DNA of 64,000 nt, taken from contig OZ244937.1 in the NCBI GenBank assembly GCA_965222075.1, forward strand, positions 3,488,001 to 3,552,000. Reading direction: 5' to 3'. Positions 10,291 through 20,708 of the stretch are shown here, one piece after another. The translations under genes and the position numbers were made by a program. Positions within the stretch are counted from its first letter, which is position 1; the number at the start of each line of letters is the position of its first letter. The stretch is from Candidatus Latescibacterota bacterium. GTDB taxonomy: Bacteria > Latescibacterota > UBA2968 > GCA-2709665. The notes under the pieces are model-generated. The model searched no databases and was not told where the DNA came from. It saw only the letters and a program-made list of their open reading frames with translations.

Positions 10291-12486
10291 ATGGCCAATC
10301 CAGTTGGAGTCGGTGGACTGCAAGTCGATGAGCGGTTGTATCGGCTGGTGAAAGACGAAATTGCGTCCGACACGGGCGTAGATGCGGACGCCTTCTGGAT
10401 GTCGCTGGGCAGGATCGTGGAAGACCTGGGGCCCAGGAACCGGGAACTGCTGGAAAAACGGGATGCCCTGCAGCAGGAGATCGACGCGTGGCACCTGGCC
10501 CGAAAAGGACAGCCGGTTGACCGGGAAGCATACCGGACATTTCTGGCAGAGATCGGTTACCTGGTTCCCGAAGGCGATCACTTTCAGGCGTTGACGGCGA
10601 ATGTGGACCCCGAAATCGCGGACGTATCCGGCCCGCAGCTGGTGGTACCGGTGGACAATGCCCGGTATGCGCTGAACGCCGCCAATGCCCGCTGGGGGAG
10701 CCTGTACGATGCGCTGTACGGTACGGATGTGATCCCCGAAGAAGAGGGGCCCCAGAAAGGTGAGGCCTATAATCCCGTACGCGGCGCAAAGGTTATCGCA
10801 CGGGCCGAGGCGTTCTTAAATGAGGTGGTGGGCCTGGAGCAGGGCACATTCCCGGATGTCACGCAGTTCTCGCTGGGGGATGTTGACGGGACAAAACATC
10901 TGGTTGCAAGGCTCAAGGATGGGAGCGAAGCGGGCCTGGCGGACCCCGGCAAATTTGCGGGGTATGCTGAGACGAGGGGGCGTCTCAGCAGTATTTTGCT
11001 GAAGAACAACGGACTGCACATCGAAATCCGGATCGATCGGGACCACCCCGTGGGTAACGCCCACCCGGCGGGGGTGAAGGACGTGCTGCTGGAAGCCGCC
11101 ATCACGACCATTCAGGACTGCGAAGATTCCGTTGCTGCTGTGGACGCCGCCGACAAGACCAGGGTCTACAGCAACTGGAACGGCATGATGAAGGGCACGC
11201 TTGAGGCAACGTTTGAAAAGAACGGCCGGCAGGTGACGCGAAGGCTGAATCCGGATAAGACGTTTGTTGCTCCAGGTGGAGAGCGGTTCATACTGCCGGG
11301 CAGGAGCTTGCTGCTCATCCGCAACGTAGGCATCCACATGTATACCGATTGCGTGACCACCGCAGAGGGGGAGGAAATCCCGGAAGGGTTCCTCGACGCC
11401 ATGGTCACCACGCTGGCTGCGATCCACGATCTCAAGGGGGGCAGGGAATACACCAACAGCAAAACGGGCAGTATCTACATCGTCAAACCCAAGCTCCACG
11501 GCCCGGAGGAAGTGGCGGCTACGGTGGAGTTGTTCGACAGGGTGGAGCAGGCCCTGGGGCTTGAACGGAATACCCTCAAGATCGGCATTATGGACGAAGA
11601 GCGCCGCACTACGGTGAACCTGAAGGAAGCCATAGGGATGACAAAAGAGCGCGTGGTTTTTATCAATACGGGCTTCCTGGACCGGACAGGCGATGAGATT
11701 CACACCAGCATGGAAGGGGGCCCCATGCTGCCCAAGATGGAGATCAGAAATCAGCCGTGGCTTTCGGCCTATGAAGACTGGAATGTGGATATCGGCATTG
11801 AGACGGGACTGACTGGCAGGGCACAGACCGGCAAGGGGATGTGGACCATGCCCGATGCGATGCGGGAGATGGTCGAAACGAAGATTGCCCATCCATTGGC
11901 GGGTGCCACGACGGCCTGGGTGCCCTCGCCGGCGGCTGCCACGCTCCATGCCATGCATTATCATCAGGTGGATGTGGCGAAGCGGCAGGCAGAGCTTGCC
12001 GGCAGGGGCCGCGCCAGCCTGGACGATATTCTGACGCCTCCGATGCTGGACCGGGAATTGACACCGGAGGAAATTCAACAGGAACTGGACAACAACGCCC
12101 AAGGCATCCTGGGATATGTTGTGCGCTGGGTTGACCAGGGGGTTGGCTGTTCAAAAGTCCCGGATATTCACGATGTCGGGTTGATGGAGGACAGAGCAAC
12201 GCTGCGGATCTCAAGCCAGCATATCGCCAACTGGCTGCACCACGGGATTGTGACCGAGCAGCAGGTCGGTGAGACGTTTGAAAAGATGGCAGAGGTGGTA
12301 GACGGGCAGAACAGCGGCGATCCCAACTATCGCAATATGGCGCCCGAGTTTGACAGGAGTATTGCGTTTCAGGCGGCGCTGGATCTGGTCTTCAGGGGAA
12401 GAGAGGTAGCCAACGGGTACACCGAACCCGTGCTCCACGCCCGCAGAAGAGAGGTCAAGGCGGCTATCATGCATATTCTTTTCTGA
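10291..12486 (+). CDS. glcB: Malate synthase G
   Basis: [69 protein letters not shown]; 731 aa. Confidence 0.98.
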   Translation: MANPVGVGGLQVDERLYRLVKDEIASDTGVDADAFWMSLGRIVEDLGPRNRELLEKRDALQQEIDAWHLARKGQPVDREAYRTFLAEIGYLVPEGDHFQALTANVDPEIADVSGPQLVVPVDNARYALNAANARWGSLYDALYGTDVIPEEEGPQKGEAYNPVRGAKVIARAEAFLNEVVGLEQGTFPDVTQFSLGDVDGTKHLVARLKDGSEAGLADPGKFAGYAETRGRLSSILLKNNGLHIEIRIDRDHPVGNAHPAGVKDVLLEAAITTIQDCEDSVAAVDAADKTRVYSNWNGMMKGTLEATFEKNGRQVTRRLNPDKTFVAPGGERFILPGRSLLLIRNVGIHMYTDCVTTAEGEEIPEGFLDAMVTTLAAIHDLKGGREYTNSKTGSIYIVKPKLHGPEEVAATVELFDRVEQALGLERNTLKIGIMDEERRTTVNLKEAIGMTKERVVFINTGFLDRTGDEIHTSMEGGPMLPKMEIRNQPWLSAYEDWNVDIGIETGLTGRAQTGKGMWTMPDAMREMVETKIAHPLAGATTAWVPSPAAATLHAMHYHQVDVAKRQAELAGRGRASLDDILTPPMLDRELTPEEIQQELDNNAQGILGYVVRWVDQGVGCSKVPDIHDVGLMEDRATLRISSQHIANWLHHGIVTEQQVGETFEKMAEVVDGQNSGDPNYRNMAPEFDRSIAFQAALDLVFRGREVANGYTEPVLHARRREVKAAIMHILF

Positions 12487-12499
12487 CGATGGGGGGAGA

Positions 12500-13486
12500 A
12501 TGACTCCTTCATTTATTTTTCTATTTCCGGGACAGGGGTCCCAATATGTGAGGATGGGTTTGGAATTATGCCAGACCTATCCGCAGGCGAAAGCGATTTT
12601 TGAGCGGGCCGATGAGCTGCTGGGTAGGAAGATTTCTTCCTTGATCTTTGAGGGGCCAGAAGAGGAACTGACCCGTACAGACAACCTTCAGCCTGCCGTA
12701 ACCATTGTGAATGTTGCCTGTCTTACTTTGCTCCAGGAGTACGATTGTCGCCCCGTGGCAGTAGCCGGTCACAGCCTGGGAGAATATACGGCACACTACG
12801 CTGCCGGTGTATTCGACTTTTCGGCGTTGTTGAGGTTGGTCCAGGCCCGTGGCTCGCTGATGCAGGAGGCTGCAGAAGCGCATCCAGGCAGTATGCTTGT
12901 TGTTATTGGCCTTGACCAGGAGAGCCTTTTTCAGATCACGGAAGAGGCATCTGCTTACGGTACCATCTGCATTGCCAACTACAATACCCCCGAACAGATG
13001 GTCCTCTCAGGCGCGTCTTCCGCCCTTGAGAGGGCAAGCGACGCGGCCAAATCGGCCGGTGCGAAGCGTACCTTGATGCTCCAGGTCAGCGGCGCCTGGC
13101 ACAGTCCGCTGATGGGCTCGATCACGGAAAAATTCGAGGCGGAACTTGCGCAGGTCACATTTCGAGACGCCCATACCCAAGTCTACTGCAACGTTACTGC
13201 AAAACCCGAAAGGGATGCGTCGAAAATTCGACAGCTTCTGGGCCAGCAGATCTGTTCTCCTGTTCGATGGTCTGAAACGATGCTGCAGATGACGGAGCGT
13301 TATCCTGATGCCGTATTTACAGAGGTAGGACCGGGCCGTGTGTTGAAGGGCATAATGCTGGTTATGGATCGCAGGCGAAAGGTGTACAATATCGAAAATC
13401 CCGGATCGCTGGAGACCTGGGCAAATACCTTAAAGAAAACTCAGCCCTCGCCCCGGCCCGACCTTGACAAACAAAAAAGGATTTGA
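12500..13486 (+). CDS. fabD: Malonyl-CoA:ACP transacylase
   Basis: FPGQGSQ, GHSLGEY, VSGAWHS, SPVRW, EVGPG. Confidence 0.95.
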   Translation: MTPSFIFLFPGQGSQYVRMGLELCQTYPQAKAIFERADELLGRKISSLIFEGPEEELTRTDNLQPAVTIVNVACLTLLQEYDCRPVAVAGHSLGEYTAHYAAGVFDFSALLRLVQARGSLMQEAAEAHPGSMLVVIGLDQESLFQITEEASAYGTICIANYNTPEQMVLSGASSALERASDAAKSAGAKRTLMLQVSGAWHSPLMGSITEKFEAELAQVTFRDAHTQVYCNVTAKPERDASKIRQLLGQQICSPVRWSETMLQMTERYPDAVFTEVGPGRVLKGIMLVMDRRRKVYNIENPGSLETWANTLKKTQPSPRPDLDKQKRI

Positions 13487-13492
13487 TATATT
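13464..13492 (+). promoter_or_regulatory. Sigma70 promoter of tRNA-Leu(CAG)
   Basis: TTGACA-N17-TATATT with a TGn extended -10, about 40 nt upstream of the tRNA and overlapping the fabD 3' end. Confidence 0.75.
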
Positions 13493-13531
13493 AGCCTTGC
13501 CCGGACGTTCAGACCACACAGGATTTAACGT

Positions 13532-13619
13532 GCCGAAGTGGTGGAACTGGTAGACGCGCGGCGTTCAGGGCGCCGTGAGCCTTGCGCTCGTGTGGGTTCG
13601 AATCCCACCTTCGGCACCA
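13532..13619 (+). tRNA. tRNA-Leu(CAG), CCA encoded
   Basis: GCCGAAG/CTTCGGC acceptor stem, CGGCG-TTCAGGG-CGCCG anticodon arm, long variable arm, GGTTCGAATCC, ends ACCA. Confidence 0.97.
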
Positions 13620-13629
13620 GGGAAAACAA

Positions 13630-13654
13630 GGGGTTACGCTCATAGTGTAACCCC
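13630..13654. terminator. Hairpin between tRNA-Leu and the convergent transporter
   Basis: GGGGTTAC...GTAACCCC inverted repeat. Confidence 0.55.
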
Positions 13655-13760
13655 TATTCTTCTACCCCAAAGCGGCCTGAAACACGTGCAGGTTCAACGC
13701 CTCCAGCTCGTGCTCTCGCACCAGCCGCCCCAGAACACCCTCCGGTCCCCGGCCTCCGCA

Positions 13761-15182
13761 TTACATCCGACCAAACTCCCAGATCACGCATGCCACCGCA
13801 AATGTGATGTAAACCAGAGAACCAATCACCATCATCACCGTACACACCCCGCCCGGCCTGGCGACTTTAGGGAGGTACCGGTGGTTGATATAAAGCGTCA
13901 ACGGCACGTAGAGCGCCATCGCAAACCCCCCGATATAGGCTGCGTTAAACAGAAACCCCAGTTCGCTCACACCCCTCTGCTCCATCACATAAGTAATCAC
14001 GCAGCCCGCCACAATCCAGACCGCCGCCACCAGCAGATACCACCAGCTCTGGTCCCGTTTCCGGGCCCCCTTGAAATTGGTGTACACAATATCGGCAATC
14101 GACCGCGACACCCCGTCCACCAGCGCAAGCTGCGTGCCGAACAGCGTGGCCAGGCCCACCAGCAGAAAAATATAACGCCCCGGCTCGCCCCATACCTCGG
14201 CCAGCACCTGCGCCTCGTCCCAGATCAGCGTGCCTTTGGCGGGCACAATGCCCTTGGGATGCAGCACGGCCAGCGCCCCCAGAATAAAAAGCAGGATGGT
14301 TACCGAATTCAAAATCCAGAAAAACAGAATCTGATCCTTCTTCACATAGTCCCACCACCCCATAAAACGCCGGGTATTCTCCCCGGTCTCCTCAAACCGG
14401 AATCCGGTCGAGGGAATCGCCTCGGTCCGCCCCCGCAGCGGGTTCAGCATCGTGGGCAGGTGCACGCCCATCCCGATATGTTTGTCGCGCAGGTAGAAGG
14501 TATAAAACAAATTGGCTGTACCGCCCGCCCCGGCGAACACAATCGCAATAAACATTGCCTTCACGCTCATCCCGGGATCTATATACCCCACATTCACCAT
14601 GCCCTTGCCCAGCACTGCCCAGGTCTCCGTGGAGCCAACCGCAAAAGCCACGATAATCAGGCCAACCGTCACAATCACCACCAGCAGCTCAACCGTCCGC
14701 TCCACCGACTGGTAAATCAGCTTCGGGCCAAAAAGAATCAGGGCCACACCCGCAAACGTGATCACCGTCCACGCCGTGTCCGATCCCCACCCCCCCGGCC
14801 CCACCAGCAGCGCCTTCAGCGCAAGCCCCGACGCCCGTCCCCAGCCCGGCGCAATCCAGCTAAACAGCGTCAGCAGAATAAAAACAGGGGCGAAACCGCG
14901 CCACACCCTGCAGTACCCGGTATAAACCGTCTCGCCCGTTGCAACCGTCCAGCGCCCCACCTCAAAATTGATCCAGAGCTGCAGAAAAATGCCCAGCCCG
15001 GCCGCCCACACCATACTCGCCCCGAACTCCGCCACAATCCGCGGCCACACAATAATCTCTCCCGCCCCAATCGAAAGCCCCACCAGAACCGCCCCCGGCC
15101 CGGCCATCTTCCAGAACGGCAGCTTCCGCTCGGGCAGATCCTGGACTTTAAAGTCGTCCAGCGGTTCGTACAGGTCGGCCAT
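13761..15182 (-). CDS. Nramp-family (YcsG-like) APC-fold transporter
   Basis: GPGAVLVGLSIGAGE, EVGRWTVATGE, about 11 hydrophobic segments. Confidence 0.85.
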   Translation of the reverse strand: MADLYEPLDDFKVQDLPERKLPFWKMAGPGAVLVGLSIGAGEIIVWPRIVAEFGASMVWAAGLGIFLQLWINFEVGRWTVATGETVYTGYCRVWRGFAPVFILLTLFSWIAPGWGRASGLALKALLVGPGGWGSDTAWTVITFAGVALILFGPKLIYQSVERTVELLVVIVTVGLIIVAFAVGSTETWAVLGKGMVNVGYIDPGMSVKAMFIAIVFAGAGGTANLFYTFYLRDKHIGMGVHLPTMLNPLRGRTEAIPSTGFRFEETGENTRRFMGWWDYVKKDQILFFWILNSVTILLFILGALAVLHPKGIVPAKGTLIWDEAQVLAEVWGEPGRYIFLLVGLATLFGTQLALVDGVSRSIADIVYTNFKGARKRDQSWWYLLVAAVWIVAGCVITYVMEQRGVSELGFLFNAAYIGGFAMALYVPLTLYINHRYLPKVARPGGVCTVMMVIGSLVYITFAVACVIWEFGRM

Positions 15183-15274
15183 AGAGTCCCCCCTCTCTAA
15201 TTGCGGATTGGGGATTAGAGATTTCGGAATAAAAGCCTTTCAATCCGCATTCCGCAATTCCATTGTCCGCTCCT

Positions 15275-16555
15275 TTAACCAGACACAGCCGAATCAGTCT
15301 TTAGCAACACCTCGTTCGCCACGACCTGCTCCAGCCTCTGCCGCTTGCGAATCAGATGAAGGCCCCCATCGCGGGCCAGCAGGACCTCCGCAGCCTCCGG
15401 AAAAGAGTTGTAATTCTTGGACGACATCCCCGAACAGTAAGCACCGACCCCCCCAACCACCACCGCATCGCCAATTTTGGTCTCCGTAAGCAGCCGGGGT
15501 GCCAGTCCCTCCGGATTCCCCGGCTCCGGGGTCAGCACATCCCCGCTTTCACAGCAGTGCCCGGAAACCAGATAGTCTTTCTTTCCCCGCACTTCCGGCT
15601 CCCTGGGCACCACCACGATCGGGTGCTGGGCGCCGTATAAACTGATCCGGAGAACCTCGGTCATCCCCCCATCAACCTTGATAAATGTATACCCGTCTTT
15701 GCCCGTATCCACACTATCGATCGCCGTACAAATAAGCGCCCCGGCATTGGCCACCAGATAGGCCCCCGGCTCCACCTCTAATGTCAGCTTGCGACCGTAT
15801 TGTCCGTAAAACGCCTGGAACGCCTCTACCACATGGAGCCCGATCTTCTGAAGATCCGCCGAAGATTCGCCCGCCATGCGCCCCACCTTGAACCCGCCCC
15901 CCAGGCTCAGCGTCTCCACCTCGGGCAGCTGGGAAGCGATGCGCAGCGAGATCAGCGCGCAGTGTTCCCAGACCTCCGGATCGCCTCCGGACCCGATGTG
16001 CGTATGTAGGCGTCCGATCTTCAGATCGTATTTCCGCTTGATCTCCCGGACCTGGCCTAAGTGTTCGTACCAGATGCCAAAACTGGCGGACGGCCCCCCC
16101 ACATTGGTCCGGTTGCTGTGCCCCGAACCCAGCCCCGGGTTCACGCGGATACACGCCTTCCGGCCCGGATGACGCTCCCCAAAAAGGCGCAGCTGCTGAA
16201 GGGAGCAGGCGTTGAAGATCACCCCCCGGTCCACCAGGGCCTTCAAATTCGCGGGCGCTTCCTGCGCGGTGAGCAGGATGTGCGCGGGCGGCACCCCCGC
16301 CCGCATCGCCCGTTCTGCTTCAAAACCGCTGCTGGCGTCAATATGCAGCCCGGCCCGGTTCATAATCTGAAGGATGGCTGCCGTGGGCAGGGCCTTCATC
16401 GCATAACGCGCAGTAAGGCCGAAGGCATTTGGAAAATTGAGCGCCTCCTCTGCCCGGACCTCAAGCGTTTTCTGGTCGTACACAAAAACGGGCGTCCCGA
16501 ATTCGCGCTGTATATCCCGCACCTGGGCTTCGGTTAAAAACGCAAGCTGCTCCAT
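15275..16555 (-). CDS. lysA: Diaminopimelate decarboxylase
   Basis: GTPVFVYD, YAMKA (PLP lysine), HTHIGSG, LGGG, EPGAYLVA, GHCCESGD, GAYCSGMSSKNYNS. Confidence 0.93.
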   Translation of the reverse strand: MEQLAFLTEAQVRDIQREFGTPVFVYDQKTLEVRAEEALNFPNAFGLTARYAMKALPTAAILQIMNRAGLHIDASSGFEAERAMRAGVPPAHILLTAQEAPANLKALVDRGVIFNACSLQQLRLFGERHPGRKACIRVNPGLGSGHSNRTNVGGPSASFGIWYEHLGQVREIKRKYDLKIGRLHTHIGSGGDPEVWEHCALISLRIASQLPEVETLSLGGGFKVGRMAGESSADLQKIGLHVVEAFQAFYGQYGRKLTLEVEPGAYLVANAGALICTAIDSVDTGKDGYTFIKVDGGMTEVLRISLYGAQHPIVVVPREPEVRGKKDYLVSGHCCESGDVLTPEPGNPEGLAPRLLTETKIGDAVVVGGVGAYCSGMSSKNYNSFPEAAEVLLARDGGLHLIRKRQRLEQVVANEVLLKTDSAVSG

Positions 16556-16667
16556 CACACCCCTCGCAGTGAATGGTGTTTTCAACTGAATGGACGAAGC
16601 GGTTGAATAATCCTCGAATTTTTCGTATGCTTAAAGAGTGGAAGAGGGGTCCTGCCGCCTGAATGAA

Positions 16668-16697
16668 CAAAAAAACGGCTCCCATGAGGAAGCCGTG
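16668..16697 (-). terminator. Rho-independent terminator after tRNA-Leu(TAG)
   Basis: Minus strand ACGGCTTCC-TCAT-GGGAGCCGT followed by a T tract. Confidence 0.75.
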
Positions 16698-16715
16698 ACA
16701 ACGATCTGATTGGGG

Positions 16716-16800
16716 TGCGAACGGGGGGATTCGAACCCCCACGGGCGCCAAACCCACCAGATCCTAAATCTGGCGTGTCTACCAGTTCCACCACGTTCGC
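16716..16800 (-). tRNA. tRNA-Leu(TAG), CCA not encoded
   Basis: GCGAACG/CGTTCGC acceptor stem, CCAGA-TTTAGGA-TCTGG anticodon arm, long variable arm, GGTTCGAATCC. Confidence 0.96.
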
Positions 16801-17009
16801 TTTTCCGGTCCCTCCGCGTCGGCAGGAAAAATAAAATTAACCCTTTAACCCCGTCTTTGCAAGGGAAAAAAAGCGCCAGTCGTAACCGACTGGCGCTCAG
16901 CGTATTCAATCTAAAAAAACAAATCCGATCTCCGCAGCCATCTGCCCTGCCATCGCCAGTTTTTCCGCCTGAATGAGCTGGATCTCCAAGGCCTTGTTTA
17001 TGGAAAAGT

Positions 17010-19376
17010 ATGAATATTTTCTCTAAAAAACAAGTGCTTACTGACCGAAAACGGCGAGAATGTCACCGGATCTGCCACTCCGCGGCCCTCCTCTGCCTCC
17101 TCTGGACCGCCCCGTCCGCGGCCCAGACCGGGGCAGTCTCCTCCCCCATCGGCCCTGCTGCAGCCTCCGATTCGGTCCACTACGAATACGAGGCGGACCG
17201 GGTCGAATACGACTTTCAAACCCGGCGGGTCGTCCTTATCGGAAATGCGGTCTTCCGCTACCGGGAGATGGAACTCAGCGCCGGGCGAATCGTAGTCGAT
17301 CGCAGGGCACAGCGCCTGGAGGCCGAAGCCCTCCCCGATTCGACCGGAGAAAAGCGCATCGGTCTGCCCCACTTTACCCGGGGCAGAGAGTACTTCTCCG
17401 GATCTGAGATGGTCTACGGCCTGGAAACCGGCCACGGCAGGGTACGGGGCGGTCGGGCCGTCCACCAGAGGAAATACTACCATGGGGAGGATATTTTACT
17501 AAACAACCAGCGGGAACTGCACGCCCGGGACCTCTCCATATCCACCTGCGAAAAGGACCACGTCCACTACGACTTCCTCTGCGGGGACCTGAAAGTCTTG
17601 GAAAATGACAAAGCCATCGCCCGTTCCGTCACCTTCCGCATCGGCCCGTTGCCCGTCGCCTGGATGCCCTTCTATGTCTTTCCCATCAAGGCGTCGGGAC
17701 GGCAGTCCGGCCTGCTGACCCCCAGCGTGGGCAGCAACAGCCGCTACGGCGTCCATGTCGGAAACCTGGGCTACTACCTCGCCCCCAGTGAATACTGGGA
17801 TGCCACCTTGCGGGCAACCCTCCGGGAACGGGGGGGATTTCTCCTCGACTCCCGGTTCGTCTACGCCGTGCGCAGCCGCCTCAGGGGCTCCGTCGATTTT
17901 TCTTTCGAAAATGGTAGCCTCTCGGGAACCTCCATCCGCAACTGGCGCTTAAACCTCTACCACCAGCAGCGCCTCAACCCCACGCTCAACATCCGGGGCA
18001 GCGGGAACTTCACCAGCAGCGCAAGCTTCGACCGGCGCAACAGCAACAACCTCTACCAGTTCCTCAACCAGCAGCTTCGCTCCAGCTTCTCCTTGGACAA
18101 ACAGTGGACCGAATCCAACCGCAGCCTCGACGCCAGCTTGACTTACTACCGGGATCAGGATAACAACCGGAACAGCTTTCAGGGGTTTCCGCGCCTTTCG
18201 TTTCGCCAGGGCCGGCGGGCCATCTTGGGGGGACCTTCAGGGACCTTCGGAGTGGACCGCCCCTGGTATCAATCCATCTACTACAGCTTTTCCGGAGACC
18301 TCGACACCGACTTTACCCGAACCCCCAACCCGGTGAACAACACCCACAATCTCACCCTTGGCACCCGCCTCTTTCTCAACAGCCAGCACCGCCCGTTCGG
18401 ATGGCTCGATTTCACCCCGTCCCTTGCCATCGGCCAGACCTCCTCCAGAAACAATCAGGACCGCCCCACCCGCCGGGAGTCCTACATCGCCAGCGTCTCT
18501 TCCAGCACGACCCTCTACGGCATCTTCCGCCCCCGTATCGGCCGCATCCGGGGCATCCGGCACCGGATGCAGCCCCAGGTCGATTTCCGCTACAGCCAGT
18601 TGGCCCGGGTGGAGGGAGGCACCCTTGGCTTTGGAGGAAAAAGGATCTGGGGAGACCCCAGGCGGAGCCTCAATATGGCCCTTGGCAACACCTTCGAAAT
18701 CAAAACCGAAACAGAAGGAAAAGAGCGCCGCTCGACCTTCGCCACTGCGAGACTCTCCACCGGTTACGACTTCGACCTCCCCGGCCAGAAGTGGCAGCCC
18801 CTCCGCACCACCGTCTCGGTCAAACCCAACCGCCGCGTCGACATCCGGATGCGCATGGCGCACGAACTCTACAACGATCAGGGGCGCTTCTCCCTCCTGA
18901 GCCCTCGGCTCCGCAGCTTCTCCGTCACCTCCAACTTCCGGTTCCGGGGTCGTACAGAAAGGGCGGCCCCCGATACGGAGCGTAGGCCCGGTTTCCCCAC
19001 GCGCACGACCGACTTCGGGTTCGAGCGCGACCTCTACGGCGAATTCGATGACGTCACCCAACCCTGGCGCTTTACCCTGGCCCACTATTTTGACCTCCAA
19101 AAACGGTTCGGCACCACCCAGAAACGCTCCTGGATAAAGGCCAGTTACGGGTTCAATCCCACCCAAAGCTGGCGCTTCGATTACGCCATCAACTACGACA
19201 TGGTCCGCCGCGACATCACCGCACAGAACCTCTCCATCTACCGCAGCCTCCACTGCTGGGAAGCCCGCTTCTCCTGGTATCCCACCGGCTTCAACAGGGG
19301 ATTTTACTTCAAAATCAACATCAAAGATATCCCCCAGATCAAATTCGAACACCGCCGGGGCGGGTTCGGCGTCTGA
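17010..19376 (+). CDS. lptD: LPS assembly outer-membrane protein LptD (Bacteroidetes-type)
   Basis: OstA-like N-terminus (YEADRVEYD), STCEKDHVHY, RQSGLLTP, C-terminal RSLHCWEARFSWYP...FYFKINIK. Confidence 0.88.
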   Translation: MNIFSKKQVLTDRKRRECHRICHSAALLCLLWTAPSAAQTGAVSSPIGPAAASDSVHYEYEADRVEYDFQTRRVVLIGNAVFRYREMELSAGRIVVDRRAQRLEAEALPDSTGEKRIGLPHFTRGREYFSGSEMVYGLETGHGRVRGGRAVHQRKYYHGEDILLNNQRELHARDLSISTCEKDHVHYDFLCGDLKVLENDKAIARSVTFRIGPLPVAWMPFYVFPIKASGRQSGLLTPSVGSNSRYGVHVGNLGYYLAPSEYWDATLRATLRERGGFLLDSRFVYAVRSRLRGSVDFSFENGSLSGTSIRNWRLNLYHQQRLNPTLNIRGSGNFTSSASFDRRNSNNLYQFLNQQLRSSFSLDKQWTESNRSLDASLTYYRDQDNNRNSFQGFPRLSFRQGRRAILGGPSGTFGVDRPWYQSIYYSFSGDLDTDFTRTPNPVNNTHNLTLGTRLFLNSQHRPFGWLDFTPSLAIGQTSSRNNQDRPTRRESYIASVSSSTTLYGIFRPRIGRIRGIRHRMQPQVDFRYSQLARVEGGTLGFGGKRIWGDPRRSLNMALGNTFEIKTETEGKERRSTFATARLSTGYDFDLPGQKWQPLRTTVSVKPNRRVDIRMRMAHELYNDQGRFSLLSPRLRSFSVTSNFRFRGRTERAAPDTERRPGFPTRTTDFGFERDLYGEFDDVTQPWRFTLAHYFDLQKRFGTTQKRSWIKASYGFNPTQSWRFDYAINYDMVRRDITAQNLSIYRSLHCWEARFSWYPTGFNRGFYFKINIKDIPQIKFEHRRGGFGV

Positions 19377-19415
19377 GTCTATTTTGGAGTTGGGATTGCG
19401 GACTGAACCTCCTTT

Positions 19416-19454
19416 AATCCGCAATCCGCAATCCGCAATCCACAATCCACAATC
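19416..19454 (+). repeat. Heptamer tandem repeat (AATCCGC)3(AATCCAC)2
   Basis: Read directly; an inverted copy GATTGCGGA lies at about 19394. Confidence 0.9.
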
Positions 19455-19518
19455 TTTACCTTGCATCCCTGCTCTAAATAGACTAAATTAAAATAGATTA
19501 TCCATCTTTATCCTCCGA

Positions 19519-19546
19519 TTTTCACTTTTCACTTTTCACTTTTCAC
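19519..19546 (+). repeat. Heptamer tandem repeat (TTTTCAC)4
   Basis: Read directly, immediately upstream of the dtd ATG. Confidence 0.95.
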
Positions 19547-19553
19547 GTCAACT

Positions 19554-19997
19554 ATGCGGGCGCTTGTGCAGCGGGTCAGCCGGTCTGTTGTCTACGTAGA
19601 GTGCACCTCCCCGGCTGCCCAAATTGGCAGCGGCATGCTCATTCTCCTGGGTGTCGGCCGGGGAGACACCCAGGACGACCTGCGGTTTGTGGCCGAAAAA
19701 TGCGCCCACCTCCGGATCTTCGAAGACGATCGGGGGAAGATGAATCGGTCTCTCCTGGAAACCGGAGGCGAGGCCCTGGTGGTCTCCCAGTTCACCCTTT
19801 ACGGCGACACCCGAAAGGGACGCCGCCCCGGTTTTTCCGACGCTGCTCCCCCCGAGGTCGCCCGGGTGTTCTACGAGCGCTTCGTCGAGGCCCTCCAGGG
19901 CCTGGGCGTGTCGGTGCGCACGGGGGTCTTTGGCGCCCATATGCACGTAGAAATTCACAACGACGGGCCGGTCACGTTGATGGTGGAAAGCCCTTAG
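19554..19997 (+). CDS. dtd: D-aminoacyl-tRNA deacylase
   Basis: [25 protein letters not shown]. Confidence 0.97.
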   Translation: MRALVQRVSRSVVYVECTSPAAQIGSGMLILLGVGRGDTQDDLRFVAEKCAHLRIFEDDRGKMNRSLLETGGEALVVSQFTLYGDTRKGRRPGFSDAAPPEVARVFYERFVEALQGLGVSVRTGVFGAHMHVEIHNDGPVTLMVESP

Positions 19998-20045
19998 CGT
20001 TGAAAATTGCCAGAATTGAATATTGGGAATATTTGTCACGCTCCA

Positions 20046-20684
20046 ATGCAAAAATTAATCCTCGCATCTGCATCGCCCCGCAGGGCAGACCTCCTGCGGA
20101 TGTTGGGGCTTCCCTTCCAGGTCGTGCCCAGTGGCGTTTCAGAGGCCCTCGAAACGCCACTGGAGCCGGCCGACCACGTCCTGAAGATTTCCCGACGAAA
20201 GGCCCGGGCCGTGGCCCGGAATTTTCGGGGCGAACTCGTTTTGGGCGCAGATACCGTGGTCGTCCTGGAGGGCAATATCCTCGAAAAACCGGCAGACTCC
20301 AACGATGCGGCCCGGATGCTCACCCGGCTTTCCGGGAAAACCCATCAAGTCTTCACGGCCCTGACCCTGATCGATACCGCCAGTGGATCTACCCTTTCCG
20401 ACGTGGCCGTCACCGATGTGACCATAAGGCGCCTCTCTCCCGAAGATATCCGCCGCTATGTGGAGACAGGGGAGTCTTCGGACAAGGCTGGAGCCTATGC
20501 GGCCCAGGGCAGGGCGGTGGTATTCATCGAATCGGTCTCCGGCTGCTTCTACAATGTGGTCGGGTTGCCGCTGGCCTGTCTGTGGGGCCTGATCGGCCGC
20601 ATACTTGCCCGCTCCCCCTGGTCCCTGATTCCAAAGGGAGCCTCCGTGCCCAACCTGATCTCATCCGGGCGGTCAGAATCGTGA
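20046..20684 (+). CDS. maf: Maf-family nucleoside triphosphate pyrophosphatase
   Basis: LILASASPRRADLL, GADTVV, LSGKTH, DKAGAY, NVVGLP. Confidence 0.96.
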   Translation: MQKLILASASPRRADLLRMLGLPFQVVPSGVSEALETPLEPADHVLKISRRKARAVARNFRGELVLGADTVVVLEGNILEKPADSNDAARMLTRLSGKTHQVFTALTLIDTASGSTLSDVAVTDVTIRRLSPEDIRRYVETGESSDKAGAYAAQGRAVVFIESVSGCFYNVVGLPLACLWGLIGRILARSPWSLIPKGASVPNLISSGRSES

Positions 20685-20708
20685 CCGCGCTGTTCTGAGA
20701 GTTAGACA

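Noticed and set aside
13532-16800. Island bounded by two tRNA-Leu genes
   Set aside because: Both are complete, different isoacceptors in opposite orientation; no integrase or duplicated 3' fragment; the cargo (lysA, transporter) is host-like.
19416-19546. CRISPR array
   Set aside because: Contiguous 7-bp units without unique spacers; no cas genes in the window.
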